Shown here: piece by piece, positions 1-8,597 of the stretch
Layout of the letters: every line of letters starts with the position of its first letter
How positions within the stretch are numbered: position 1 is the first letter of the stretch
Assembly: GCA_016874755.1 (NCBI GenBank)
Contig: VGTH01000022.1
Location: 19,421 to 83,420 of the forward strand
Origin: Deltaproteobacteria bacterium
GTDB taxonomy: Bacteria; Desulfobacterota; Binatia; UBA9968
Direction: 5' to 3'
DNA: 64,000 bases
Notes under the pieces: generated by a model
The model's database searches: none
Told to the model about the DNA's origin: nothing
The model's input: the letters and a program-made list of their open reading frames with translations, nothing else
Translations under genes and position numbers: made by a program

Positions 1-605
1 CCGGTCTCATGCCGGCCGTCACCTGGCTGCACAAGGGCTACGGCCACCATGACTTCGATCCAATCTACGAAGCGGCGGAGAAGCTCGACATGCCGCTCAC
101 GATCCACGGCGCGCCCAGCCGCGGCATGGGCTTCGATTTCTTCAACAAGTTTCTCCACGTCCACACGCTGGAACATCCGTTCGCGATCTTGATTCAATTC
201 ACCCACATGGTTTTCGAAGGTGTCTTCGTGCGCTTTCCCAAACTGCGCGTGGCGTATCTCGAAGCCGGCTGCGGCTGGCTCCCCTACATGATGGACCGCA
301 TGGACGAAGAGATGGAGAAGCCCTACCGCGTTCAGGCGCCGCTGTTGAAACAAAAACCCAGCGAGCTGATCCGCAATGGCCAGATCTGGACCACCTGCGA
401 AGTCGAGGAGAAAGCGCTGCCGTCGGTGCTGAAACTATTCAATCCCAAATGCTTGATGTGGCCCTCGGACTATCCGCACGAGCGGCTGCCGGACATGTTC
501 AAGCGCGATATTCCGGAGTTTCTCGAACGGGACGACATCAGCGACGAAACTAAGAAAGCGATCCTGCACGACAACCCAGTGAACTTTTACCGGCTGAAGA
601 TTTAA
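1..605 (+). CDS. Amidohydrolase-2 (PF04909-like) family metal-dependent hydrolase, 5'-truncated by window edge
   Basis: Open to the window edge. Motifs HGAP...EAGCGWLPY...WPSDYPHE...DNPVNFY are typical of ACMSD/amidohydrolase-2. Paralogous to 43539-44606. Confidence 0.6.
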   Translation, partial: GLMPAVTWLHKGYGHHDFDPIYEAAEKLDMPLTIHGAPSRGMGFDFFNKFLHVHTLEHPFAILIQFTHMVFEGVFVRFPKLRVAYLEAGCGWLPYMMDRMDEEMEKPYRVQAPLLKQKPSELIRNGQIWTTCEVEEKALPSVLKLFNPKCLMWPSDYPHERLPDMFKRDIPEFLERDDISDETKKAILHDNPVNFYRLKI

Positions 606-610
606 GAAAG

Positions 611-681
611 TATCTCGCGCAGAGGCGCAGAGATCGCAGAGAAAAAATATTTTCCGAACTCAGCGCCTCGGCGCGAGATAT
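611..681. repeat. Intergenic hairpin repeat of the GCAGAG family (REP-like); stem begins with the shared 15-mer GTATCTCGCGCAGAG
   Basis: Arm gtatctcgcgcagaggcgcagagatcgcagag is paired with downstream ctcagcgcctcggcgcgagatat. The same 15-mer starts the hairpin at 16853. Confidence 0.6.
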
Positions 682-713
682 TCTTCTGAATTCTCCCCCA
701 CAGGAGGCTCATC

Positions 714-1472
714 ATGCGTTTGAAAGACAAAGTTGCCATCGTCACCGGCGGCGGCGTGGGCATCGGTAAAGCCTATGCCCACGGTCTCGCGAAAGAAGGT
801 GCGAAGGTTGTCGTCGCCGATATTCAAGACACCGAAGCGCAGAAGGTCGCCGCGGAAATCAAAGCCGCCGGCGGCGCAGCGATCGCCGTCGCGGTGGATG
901 TGACGTCGCGAGAAAAAACTCAAGCCATGGCGGCCGCCGCGCTCAAAGCCTACGGCCGCATCGATATTCTCGTCAACAACGCGGGGCTCTATTCCGCGCT
1001 CAAGAAGAAAGCCTTCATGGAAATCGACGGCGACGAGTGGGACCGCGTCATGGCGGTCAATGTCAAAGGACTTTGGCATTGCGTCAAAGCCGTCTATCCG
1101 TCGATGAAACAGCAGGGCAAAGGCAAGATCATCAATATTTCGTCGGGCACGACCCAAACCGGCACGCCGATGTTTTTGCACTACGTCTCGTCGAAGGGTG
1201 CGGTGCTCTCGTTTACCCGCGCCTTGGCGCGCGAGGTGGGCAGCGACAACATCTGCGTCAACTCGATCATGCCCGGCCTGACTATTTCGGGCCCCAACCA
1301 GGAAGGGGTCACCAGCCCCGAGCAGCTCGCCGACCGCAGAAAGCGGCGCGCCTTTCAGCGCGACCAAGTGCCGCAGGATCTCGTCGGCACGGTGATCTTT
1401 CTTGCTTCTGATGACAGCGACTTCATGACCGGCCAGTCGATCGTCGTCGACGGCGGCATGAACATGCATTGA
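714..1472 (+). CDS. SDR-family NAD(P)-dependent oxidoreductase (3-oxoacyl-ACP reductase-like)
   Basis: TGGGVGIGKA Rossmann motif, NNAG motif, and YVSSK catalytic Tyr/Lys. RBS aggagg 7 nt upstream of ATG. Confidence 0.85.
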   Translation: MRLKDKVAIVTGGGVGIGKAYAHGLAKEGAKVVVADIQDTEAQKVAAEIKAAGGAAIAVAVDVTSREKTQAMAAAALKAYGRIDILVNNAGLYSALKKKAFMEIDGDEWDRVMAVNVKGLWHCVKAVYPSMKQQGKGKIINISSGTTQTGTPMFLHYVSSKGAVLSFTRALAREVGSDNICVNSIMPGLTISGPNQEGVTSPEQLADRRKRRAFQRDQVPQDLVGTVIFLASDDSDFMTGQSIVVDGGMNMH

Positions 1473-1499
1473 GGCAACGGGATTAGAGGGTCGCGAGAC

Positions 1500-2747
1500 T
1501 TATTCAAAGACTATACTCGTAAACGTCACCGCCGAGCCGGTCTCCTGCGTGAAGGCTTGGCCGTAGTGCAGGTGATTGCCGCGCGTGTCGTCGAGCAGAT
1601 GAATGAGTGAGTAGAGCGGCGAGAAGCCGCAGATTTTGCGCTTGTCCTGATCTTTGGCGATCTCGTGAAAAAATCCCGGCGCGTCCAGGGCAGCTAAACG
1701 CTCGACCAGTTTGTGGTCTTCGTCTTCAACCCATTTGAGGAACGCTTCATCGACCGGTTCGTGATCGCCGAATTGCTTGCCCACATGGGCTAGGTCGACG
1801 CCGGCAACGAAACAGACTTGCCGGCCGTCGGATTCGGCAAGCCGGCGCAAAACGCTAAGGAACTTGCCGACATCGTTTTGGCTCTCCGGCAGGGTTTTGC
1901 TGATCATCGCTTCGTGAAACGACGACACCAAGATTGGCACGATCTTAAACGGCCGCTCCGGTTTGCCGGAGAGCTCGGCGCGTTTTTGCGCGATGTACTT
2001 CAAATAGAGCACTTGGAATTCGACCGAATGCTCGCCGCGGTGCAGATACTCGTCGACAAAAAAATCGCTGGCACATTGCTCGTGCAAGCGGTTGACAAAT
2101 TCTCGATCGGTCTCGACGACGCCCAGCGGGGTCTCAAAATCTTTCAGCGTTAAAATATACGGCATTTCGCCGCCGCAGTGCGAAGTCCCAAGGATAATGT
2201 AGAGATCCGCCCCTGCGCTTTCCGCCAAGCTCTTGTACGCCCAGGCATAGGCGGGCCCGCCGCGATGGAAATCGATGTGCGGCGCAACGATCGCTTTCGG
2301 CGTCGGCGCAGAGTTTTTGCCCGCCGGCATGCCCGGCCCTTTCGGCGATTGAAAGTAACCGTCGAGCTGGGCTCTGAGCCCACGCGCATCGTTCTTGTAG
2401 CAACCACCCACATGCGCGGCGGCGCGCGTCGGCTGCCGGCGAAACTCTAAGATCAACCCTTTTTGGAACGTCGCGAAGTTCTCACTCTGCAAATAGTGCT
2501 GCTGGTCGAGCATGTCGACGAACTTTTTCAGCTCGTCGCTCAGCAGCAATGTGCCAAACTGTTTGGCATAGGCCTCCTGAATATCGAGCAGCGAATGCTG
2601 GCCGTCGAAGTGAGAAAGAATGAAATAACCCACCGGCGAAAGACCGATGGGGGTGGCGAAGTTGGCGGGATCTTTAAGATAGATAAGGGTCTGCTCCCCC
2701 TCTTTTACCGGGAACGCATCGACATATCGCAGCAGCGGTTTGTCCAT
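1500..2747 (-). CDS. Memo-like / AmmeMemoRadiSam system protein B family enzyme with an N-terminal ~130-aa PqqD-like (RRE) extension
   Basis: C-terminal 270 aa carry APHIDFHRGG...ILGTSHCGG...VAGVDLAHVG...ICGFSP, which is Memo/LigB-superfamily-like. The N-terminus (LSPVGYFILSHFDGQHSLLDIQEAYAKQF...ELKKFVDMLDQQ) follows the PqqD pattern. The track start at 2759 is TTG; the first ATG is at 2747. Confidence 0.65.
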   Translation of the reverse strand: MDKPLLRYVDAFPVKEGEQTLIYLKDPANFATPIGLSPVGYFILSHFDGQHSLLDIQEAYAKQFGTLLLSDELKKFVDMLDQQHYLQSENFATFQKGLILEFRRQPTRAAAHVGGCYKNDARGLRAQLDGYFQSPKGPGMPAGKNSAPTPKAIVAPHIDFHRGGPAYAWAYKSLAESAGADLYIILGTSHCGGEMPYILTLKDFETPLGVVETDREFVNRLHEQCASDFFVDEYLHRGEHSVEFQVLYLKYIAQKRAELSGKPERPFKIVPILVSSFHEAMISKTLPESQNDVGKFLSVLRRLAESDGRQVCFVAGVDLAHVGKQFGDHEPVDEAFLKWVEDEDHKLVERLAALDAPGFFHEIAKDQDKRKICGFSPLYSLIHLLDDTRGNHLHYGQAFTQETGSAVTFTSIVFE

Positions 2748-2762
2748 GGGTCCGAACAAAAA

Positions 2763-3062
2763 TCAGACAATGCCTAATCTCTGCTTCGCCTCCTCGGCGA
2801 TCATGCTCGGATTCCACGGCGGGTCCCAGACCAGATCGACAGTGGCATCGCTCACCCCTTCGAGCGCCATGATTTTCTGTTTGGCGTCGTTGGCGATCAT
2901 CGTCCCCATGCCGCAGCCCGGCGCCGTCAGCGTCATCTTTACCGCCACCTGATCGTCGTTGACTTCGACGTCGTAGACCAAACCGAGGTCGACGATGTTG
3001 ACCGGAATCTCCGGGTCGTAGCAATCTTGCAGCGCTTCGTAAACCTGTTCTTTGGTGACCAT
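2763..3062 (-). CDS. DUF59/MIP18-family Fe-S cluster assembly protein (SufT-like)
   Basis: 99 aa with LTAPGCGMG cysteine motif. RBS agagga. Immediately downstream of mrp, separated from the Memo-like gene by 15 nt. Confidence 0.75.
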   Translation of the reverse strand: MVTKEQVYEALQDCYDPEIPVNIVDLGLVYDVEVNDDQVAVKMTLTAPGCGMGTMIANDAKQKIMALEGVSDATVDLVWDPPWNPSMIAEEAKQRLGIV

Positions 3063-3075
3063 GAGAGTTTTCCTC

Positions 3076-4176
3076 TTAGCTCGAGACGATTTTCAACCCT
3101 TGAACTCTCTGCGCGCGCTCGGAAGCGATCGACAGTTGGCCGGCCAACTTGGCCGCGATATCGAGAAAACTTTTGCTTACGGGTGATTTCGGATCTTGCA
3201 CGAGAATCGGCACGCCGCTGTCGCCGCCCTCGCGCAGCGCCGGTGTGATCGGAATTTCACCGAGATAAGGAATTTGAAATCGATCTGCTGCATTCTTGGC
3301 GCCGCCGCGGGAAAAAATATCGTGCTCCTTGCCGCAGCCGTCGCAGATGAAATAGCTCATGTTCTCAACGATGCCGAGGATCGGAATCATCACTTTGTCG
3401 AACATCGATTTCGCCCGCACGACATCGGCCAACGCGACGTTCTGCGGCGTCGCCACCAACAACGCGCCGCTGACTTTCAATTGCTGCGAAAAAGTAATCT
3501 GCACGTCGCCGGTGCCCGGCGGCATGTCGACGACCAGATAATCCAAGTCGCCCCAATGCACGTCGGCCATCAATTGATGCAGCGCTTTGCCCAACATTGG
3601 GCCGCGCCAGATCACCGCCTGATCGGGGTCGAGAAAAAAGCCGATGGACATGATCGGAATGCCGTGCGCCATGGTCGGCGCGATTTTCTGCGCGCCGGCG
3701 ACGTCGACCTTGGTGGGCTCGCCCTTCACGCCCATGATGATCGGCACCGAGGGGCCGTAAATGTCGGCATCGAGGAGGCCCGTCGCCGCGCCGTGCGCTT
3801 TGAGCGCGACCGCGAGATTGGCGGCCACCGTCGACTTGCCCACGCCGCCCTTGCCCGCAGCGACCAACACGACATTTTTCACCGACGGCAAGAGATCGGT
3901 CTGTCCGGCGCCAGCTTTGCTGCCACGCACCTGAGCGCCGAAGTTAATTTCCAGCCCGGTAATCCCCGCCACGCTGGCCAGGGCCATTTTACAGTCGGTT
4001 TCAATAGTTTCTCGGAGCGGACAGGCTGGCGTCGTCAGCTCCACGGTAAAGCTAACCCTGCCGCCGTTTAGGGCGAGTTGCTTCACCATGCCTAGGCTGA
4101 CAATGTCTCGGTGCAGTTCCGGATCTTGCACGCGGCTTAATGCTTGAAGAATTTGCTCCTGCGTTACAGCTTCCAC
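3076..4176 (-). CDS. apbC: Mrp/ApbC/NBP35-family Fe-S cluster carrier ATPase with N-terminal DUF59 domain
   Basis: Deviant Walker A GKGGVGKST and a CxxC (FICDGCG) motif. The N-terminal 90 aa are DUF59. GTG start with RBS aaagga. Confidence 0.9.
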   Translation of the reverse strand: MEAVTQEQILQALSRVQDPELHRDIVSLGMVKQLALNGGRVSFTVELTTPACPLRETIETDCKMALASVAGITGLEINFGAQVRGSKAGAGQTDLLPSVKNVVLVAAGKGGVGKSTVAANLAVALKAHGAATGLLDADIYGPSVPIIMGVKGEPTKVDVAGAQKIAPTMAHGIPIMSIGFFLDPDQAVIWRGPMLGKALHQLMADVHWGDLDYLVVDMPPGTGDVQITFSQQLKVSGALLVATPQNVALADVVRAKSMFDKVMIPILGIVENMSYFICDGCGKEHDIFSRGGAKNAADRFQIPYLGEIPITPALREGGDSGVPILVQDPKSPVSKSFLDIAAKLAGQLSIASERAQRVQGLKIVSS

Positions 4177-4372
4177 AAGGTTCCTTTCGCGAATGAAAAA
4201 ACTATAGACCTATAAGGTCTATCAGGTCAACGATTCTCCCCGGCCAAAGCGCAGCGCGCAGAGTTTTCATTGCATCTGCCGCTACTTACCTTGCCGCTCT
4301 CGGTTTGCTCTGATAAAATTGAGGTAACTTTTACACCCTTAACAACACTTGCAAATGCGTCAGGAGGTTTCC

Positions 4373-4711
4373 ATGCGAAACGCTGCAAAGAGAGTGGCTT
4401 TGGTATGTCTCATCGGTGCGGTGACAGGCTGCGCTGGCGGTTCGATTACTAAGCGTGAAGCCGGCGCCGGCATTGGCGCGCTCGGCGGCGCCGCAGCGGG
4501 AGGTGCCATCGGGTCGGCGGTAGGCCGCCCAGGAGTGGGGGCGGCGGTCGGGGGGCTATTGGGGTTGGGCGCCGGCGCGTTGATCGGCGACCAAATCCAG
4601 GGAACCGACAACCGACAGATCGACCAACAGCGTCAAATCGACAGCAATCAGGCGGAAATCGAGCGCCAGCGGCGCGAGCTGGAACGTCTGAGAAAACAGG
4701 GCGAATATTAG
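4373..4711 (+). CDS. Glycine-zipper (Rick_17kDa_Anti/YMGG-like) lipoprotein with Q/R-rich coiled-coil tail
   Basis: Lipobox ...AVTGC followed by AGGSITKREAGAGIGALGGAAAGGAIG glycine zipper. RBS aggagg. Paralogous to the N-terminus of the next gene. Confidence 0.6.
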   Translation: MRNAAKRVALVCLIGAVTGCAGGSITKREAGAGIGALGGAAAGGAIGSAVGRPGVGAAVGGLLGLGAGALIGDQIQGTDNRQIDQQRQIDSNQAEIERQRRELERLRKQGEY

Positions 4712-4811
4712 CATCCGGCACAAAAAATCTACTTTTTTTCCGAGTTAAACGTCTAATAGCAAAGCGCCGCCGCCGTGAGTTTCCCGTGGCGCGTGCCAAG
4801 AAGGAGTATCA

Positions 4812-5525
4812 ATGATGAATCTTTCAATGAAAAAGCTTACCGGTGTGGCATTGTCAGCCGCCGTTATTATTTCGGGGTGCGCCGGGGGTGAGATAACCAC
4901 TCGCGAAAAAGGCGCTGCCATTGGCGCGCTAGGTGGAGCCGCGGCCGGTGCGGCCGTCGGAGCTGCGGTCAGACGCCCGGGAACCGGCGCTGCCATCGGC
5001 GGCGTGTTAGGCCTCGGCGCCGGCGCAATCATCGGCGATCAGATTCAAGGCCAGCAAAACAAACAGGCCGAGCAACAGCGCTCCCTCGATCAACAGCGTG
5101 TTGAGATCGAAAAGAACCGCCAATTGATCGAAGAGTTGCGCAAACGCAACATCGACGCGCGCGAAACCGACCGGGGCGTCATGGTCAATCTGCCGGCGGT
5201 CAATTTCGAATTTGACCGCGCCGACCTGACCCGCGACGGTCAAAGCAAAGTCAGCCAAATCGCCAGCATCATTCGCAGAGATGCGCCGGGCCGCAGAATC
5301 TCGGTGGAAGGGCACGCGAGCCGCGAAAGCGCCGCTCAGGAGGATTACAACCAGCGGCTTTCCGAACGACGGGCTAATACAGTGGCCGATGCCCTTGAGC
5401 GCAACGGCGTCGATGGCCGCAATCTTGGCGCCCGCGGCCTTGGCACCCGTTCGCCAATCGCAACCAACGATACGGAATCGGGGCGCAGCCAAAACCGCCG
5501 CGTGGAAGTAATTATCGAGAACTAG
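4812..5525 (+). CDS. OmpA-family lipoprotein with N-terminal glycine-zipper domain and coiled coil
   Basis: Lipobox IISGC and the same AGGEITTREKGAAIGALGGAAAG zipper. C-terminal OmpA/MotB peptidoglycan-binding domain (NRRVEVII). RBS aaggag. Confidence 0.75.
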   Translation: MMNLSMKKLTGVALSAAVIISGCAGGEITTREKGAAIGALGGAAAGAAVGAAVRRPGTGAAIGGVLGLGAGAIIGDQIQGQQNKQAEQQRSLDQQRVEIEKNRQLIEELRKRNIDARETDRGVMVNLPAVNFEFDRADLTRDGQSKVSQIASIIRRDAPGRRISVEGHASRESAAQEDYNQRLSERRANTVADALERNGVDGRNLGARGLGTRSPIATNDTESGRSQNRRVEVIIEN

Positions 5526-6102
5526 CCGAGCCAAAGCGCGGCTCGGTGCCGGCGCGCAGCCGCTGAATATTGCCGCGGTGGCGCCAAACGATCATGACGG
5601 CAAGAAGAACTCCCATGCCGACTAAAACCGGCGGATAGGCTAAAAGCCACAAAGCTATTGGGGCAGCGGCAGCAGCGGCAATCGAGCCCAATGAAACGAT
5701 GCGGCTGCTGCCAATCACCCCAGCGAAAACCCCGACGAAAACCAACGTGGCGAGCGGCGCCAAGGCCAGGAAAACCCCCAACGCCGTGGCCACTCCCTTC
5801 CCACCTTTAAACTTAAGGTAGACTGGATAGAGATGTCCCAGAAACGCCGCGATGCCGGCGCAGGCGATCGCCAGTTCCGCTAAATTCATCCGGCGCCCAA
5901 CCACAACCGGCAGGACTCCTTTGGCGACGTCGATGACTAACGTCAGTATTCCCTGACGCTTGCCGACGACGCGGGCAACGTTCGTGGCGCCGACGTTGCC
6001 GCTGCCGGCACTGCGGACATCGACACCGGCGAGCTTTCCTAACACATAGCCGCTCGGGATCGCACCGATGAAATAGGCGCAAAGAATCAACAAAATTTCC
6101 AT
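5512..6102 (-). CDS. plsY: Glycerol-3-phosphate acyltransferase PlsY
   Basis: N-terminus GAIPSGYVLGKLAGVDVRSAGSGNVGATNVARVVG is a strong PlsY signature. 196 aa membrane protein. Confidence 0.85.
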   Translation of the reverse strand: MEILLILCAYFIGAIPSGYVLGKLAGVDVRSAGSGNVGATNVARVVGKRQGILTLVIDVAKGVLPVVVGRRMNLAELAIACAGIAAFLGHLYPVYLKFKGGKGVATALGVFLALAPLATLVFVGVFAGVIGSSRIVSLGSIAAAAAAPIALWLLAYPPVLVGMGVLLAVMIVWRHRGNIQRLRAGTEPRFGSASSR

Positions 6103-6127
6103 GAGGGAGCAAACAATATGAACCGGT

Positions 6128-6772
6128 TTAAAACATCAAGCGGCTGCGCTTGAGCCGCTCGCGCCGCAGAGAGTGAATACCGCCGCAAATCCACCCTAGA
6201 ACGAAGGTCAGCACTGCAACGCCGAGCCAAATGGCGGTGCCCAAGCCGCCACCGACTAGGAGGTCGATCAACGGCCGCGATTTGCCGGCTGCTGCATTAG
6301 TGCCGACGGTAAGCGGCACCGGCCCCTTTGCCGCCGGAGCGCTTGGCACCAGAGCCGGCGCAGGAGGCACGGCAGTCGGAGTCACCGGTGCTTCTGCGGA
6401 TTTTTTAGGGTTGGCCACCGGCGTGGGTACGTTCGGTGGGACCGGCGTCTTGCCAACTTCTTTGGTTTCGCCGGCCTTCGCCGGCGTCCCGGCCGCTTTC
6501 TGCGGCTCGGAAAACTTCAACAAGTTCTTATGAATAAAGCCCCTTTGCCCTTCGGCGGCCGTCACCTGGTACCATTCGCCGTCTAGTCTTTCAACCATAA
6601 CGGCGTCGCCCTCCTTGAGGGTGACGATGATCGCCTGTTCGACGCTCGGGCCAACGCGCAGGTTCGCCGTCGGAGTGCCAGAGACCAGCGCCTTCTCAGC
6701 GCCGAAGGCTGGCGAACTGCTGAAGAAAGCGATTACTAGCGCAAGAAAAACTCGAACAATTGCGACGTGCAT
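6128..6772 (-). CDS. SH3b-domain secreted/membrane-anchored protein with Pro-rich linker
   Basis: Signal peptide, then SH3b-like EGDAVMVERLDGEWYQV, a Pro/Ala-rich linker and a C-terminal TM helix. Confidence 0.55.
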   Translation of the reverse strand: MHVAIVRVFLALVIAFFSSSPAFGAEKALVSGTPTANLRVGPSVEQAIIVTLKEGDAVMVERLDGEWYQVTAAEGQRGFIHKNLLKFSEPQKAAGTPAKAGETKEVGKTPVPPNVPTPVANPKKSAEAPVTPTAVPPAPALVPSAPAAKGPVPLTVGTNAAAGKSRPLIDLLVGGGLGTAIWLGVAVLTFVLGWICGGIHSLRRERLKRSRLMF

Positions 6773-6876
6773 GGCTTTGACCTAATACGGGTTGTCTCAT
6801 GGCCGCTCTTCGGCCACAAAAAAGCCCCGCATAGCGTGCACCCATGCGAGGCTTTTGCTCTACATCGAAACCAGAA

Positions 6877-7968
6877 CTACGGTCGTTTGTAGAAATTGGG
6901 ATCCATCTTCGTCGTGGTGCCGGACTTAGCGAGTTCTTCTTCGAAGGCTTTGCGAATCCATGGTTGTTCGTCGAAATATTCAATCTGGTTGCCGCCGGCT
7001 TTGACATCCTTGTCGACTTTGGTGATGTCGCCAAAGCCTTCGCCCAGGCTGTATTTGATACCGCCCAAACGCGGCGGCAGATAGCGCGCGCCCTCCGCTC
7101 CCGTGTTGAAATGTTGGTGCCACATCATCGCCGGCGGCGTAAACACGCTGCCGTCCTGCCAGTCGTAGCGTTTCGGCTCTTGTCCTTCTCTCCAGAAGAG
7201 TGAAAAACCTTTGCCTTTGATGATGATCACGTTGAAGCCAGGGCCATGGCGGTGGGCTTTCTTGTAAGTTCCCACGGGAAATTCCGAGATATGTGCCGCC
7301 ATTGAGCCGTTGGCCATTTCCAGGAAAACATTCTTACCGCCGGCGCCGCGCTCTTTCCATTCTTCAAGCGCGAAGTTACGCGCATCGGCGACAAAGTTGG
7401 TGTCCCACACACGCCCCGGATATGCTTTGCCTTTGCCGCTGAAGTATTCCGGGTCGCCGTCGAAGCGTTCAGTAAAATCCTGCGGCGTGTTGAAGACGAA
7501 TTGCTCATTGTGAAACAGGTTCAACACGATCGGCGCGCTGTTAACTGAAAAAAATCGCGCCGGCTCGCTGCCTGAGCCGTTGAAATGCTGGTAGGTGCAG
7601 TTGAGCGGCAGCGCGAATAAGCTGCCTTCGTGCCATTCGAACTGAGTCTTGGCACCTTTGTCATTCCAAATGGTCGTCGCGCCGCTGCCCTTCAAGACAA
7701 AGTGCAGATCTTCATACAGGTGGCGCATCGGGTTCAACTTCTTGCCGCCGGGGATTTCACTCACGTAAGAGCCGGTCGCCCCTTCAGCGCCTTCCATGTT
7801 GATAAAGGCACCACTGCCGCCGGTGCGCGCCCAGGGTTTGACCTCGACTTTCTTTAAGTCTTGAACGAAAAAGGTTTTCATCACCGGGATCCCCTCACCC
7901 AGCTGCCACTTGTCATAGAAGGGGATATTATCCATTATGTTATCGACTTGCTCAGCGGCTTTCGACAT
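6877..7968 (-). CDS. Bicupin protein (gentisate-1,2-dioxygenase-like cupin fold)
   Basis: Two cupin modules. The second has HRHGPG...(G)x5...PPAMMWHQHFN, a cupin motif 2 with H-x3-N. RBS ggagg. Confidence 0.5.
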   Translation of the reverse strand: MSKAAEQVDNIMDNIPFYDKWQLGEGIPVMKTFFVQDLKKVEVKPWARTGGSGAFINMEGAEGATGSYVSEIPGGKKLNPMRHLYEDLHFVLKGSGATTIWNDKGAKTQFEWHEGSLFALPLNCTYQHFNGSGSEPARFFSVNSAPIVLNLFHNEQFVFNTPQDFTERFDGDPEYFSGKGKAYPGRVWDTNFVADARNFALEEWKERGAGGKNVFLEMANGSMAAHISEFPVGTYKKAHRHGPGFNVIIIKGKGFSLFWREGQEPKRYDWQDGSVFTPPAMMWHQHFNTGAEGARYLPPRLGGIKYSLGEGFGDITKVDKDVKAGGNQIEYFDEQPWIRKAFEEELAKSGTTTKMDPNFYKRP

Positions 7969-8139
7969 GATTTTCCTCCGAAAAAAACTATGCCGTTTTC
8001 ATATCGTATCGAACCGGTGAAAGCAAGGTTGTTGGCCGCGTTCTAGAGGCGCCCAAAACCCTCGGAAATCTCCTCGCTGAAAAACTCATAGCATTGACTT
8101 TAAAGTCGAAACTCTTCTAAATGGCGGCTACTATTTTAG

Positions 8140-8379
8140 TTGCAGCAGAAAAGGAGCGACGCCTTGGCGACAACCGTTGAAGCCCCCATGGTGGGCAAGG
8201 TTTTGAAAATCGAGAAGAACGTCGGCGACCATGTGGATGAAGACGATGTGGTGATTGTCATGGAAGCAATGAAAATGGAAATTCCCGTGGTGGCTCCTGC
8301 CGCCGGCACGGTTAAGGAAATCAAGGTGACCGCGGGCCAGGCTGTCGAAGCCGAACAAGTGCTCGCCGTTATCGAATAA
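8140..8379 (+). CDS. Biotin carboxyl carrier subunit of a Na+-translocating decarboxylase (MmdC/OadA-biotin-domain-like)
   Basis: EAMKMEI biotinyl-lysine motif in a 70-aa lipoyl/biotinyl fold. The real start may be the TTG at 8164 after RBS aaaaggag. Confidence 0.8.
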   Translation: MQQKRSDALATTVEAPMVGKVLKIEKNVGDHVDEDDVVIVMEAMKMEIPVVAPAAGTVKEIKVTAGQAVEAEQVLAVIE

Positions 8380-8435
8380 CTCGCCGCTCTGGCGCAAATA
8401 CCCTCTCACTCTATAGCGCTTTCCGAGGAACGCGG

Positions 8436-8588
8436 ATGAATCTAGATAATTGGACGTTTGGCTGGACCCTCGCCCTGATCGGCATGGGCGGCACCATGCT
8501 GGTTTTGTGGCTGATGAGCCTGATGATTTTATTGATCCGCAAAGCCTTCCCCTACAAGCCCGAAGACTCGGGCGCCAAGAAAGGTTAA
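8436..8588 (+). CDS. Small membrane subunit (OadG/MmdD-like) of Na+-translocating decarboxylase; absent from the ORF track because it is under 60 aa
   Basis: 50-aa ORF MNLDNWTFGWTLALIGMGGTMLVLWLMSLMILLIRKAFPYKPEDSGAKKG. It has a single TM helix and sits between the biotin carrier and the beta subunit. Confidence 0.45.
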   Translation: MNLDNWTFGWTLALIGMGGTMLVLWLMSLMILLIRKAFPYKPEDSGAKKG

Positions 8589-8597
8589 TCGGCTAGA

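Noticed and set aside
660-1469. Long antisense ORFs mirroring real genes (e.g. 660-1469, 3196-4071, 9790-10911, 12154-13209, 33645-34727, 52968-54077, 58729-59913)
   Set aside because: They overlap genes with clear family signatures on the other strand. High-GC genomes produce long stop-free antisense frames. Their translations are low-complexity and R/A/G-rich with no domain signatures.
6231-6533. G/A/T-rich 100-aa ORF on the plus strand
   Set aside because: It is the antisense of the Pro/Ala-rich linker of the SH3b gene. This is a compositional artefact.
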